Shown here in pieces: positions 63,763 through 64,000 of a stretch of DNA of 64,000 bases. Within the stretch, counting starts at the first letter, position 1; every line of letters starts with the position of its first letter. The notes under the pieces were generated by a model, which saw nothing but the letters and a program-made list of their open reading frames with translations, ran no database searches and was not told where the DNA came from. A program made the position numbers and the translations under genes. Source of the DNA: Malacoraja senta (taxonomy: Eukaryota); assembly GCA_038087875.1 (NCBI GenBank), contig JAXLNO010000362.1, positions 186,001 to 250,000 on the forward strand, written 5' to 3'.

Positions 63763-64000
63763 GTGAGGACATCGCTGGGCGAGGGAAGTCAGAGAGCCAG
63801 AGAGTCATATTGTAATGGCCATTTCTAACTTTTACTATGTCCAACTTTCTGTTGCCATTACTACATAGGTAAGTAGGAGTGATCTTACACAGACCAAAAA
63901 AGAACAGATCTTCCAGTCATTCTTTATTGAAGTAGTTGTACAAACAAAGAGATGAACGTACCAGGTTCTCTGTATTCTCATACAAGTTGTAACTTCCTGT

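Overview
Repeat-dense vertebrate genomic DNA, most likely from a cartilaginous fish such as a skate or ray (inferred from the CR1 LINEs, HE1-like SINEs, Penelope-type repeats and the TRIM/Siglec sequence style). The left part (2.4-18 kb) is a field of decayed genes on the + strand. It has a ~700-bp palindromic CpG promoter-like element, a C2H2 zinc-finger pseudo-array split by a young Rex1/Babar LINE, and a TRIM B30.2/SPRY relic. It also has a PRDM9-like terminal-exon relic, and a CpG island with E2F6 and E-box motifs followed by an open PRDM9/SSX-type ancestral-KRAB exon. The middle (19-39 kb) is nested transposons: a CR1 with a near-intact Passport-like Tc1 inside it, a CsRn1-type Gypsy relic whose LTRs carry CTCF motifs, an unclassified TAG...CTA TIR element, and an L2. 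The right part (35-64 kb) is a + strand MAG/Siglec-4-like gene that runs off the window before its TM exon: signal peptide, V-set with the essential Arg, and C2-set exons. Its third Ig exon is destroyed by a frameshift and a CR1 insertion. A recent ~8-kb tandem duplication doubles the fourth Ig exon, which would restore a five-domain ectodomain if the dead exon is skipped. All calls were made by eye; no database searches were run.
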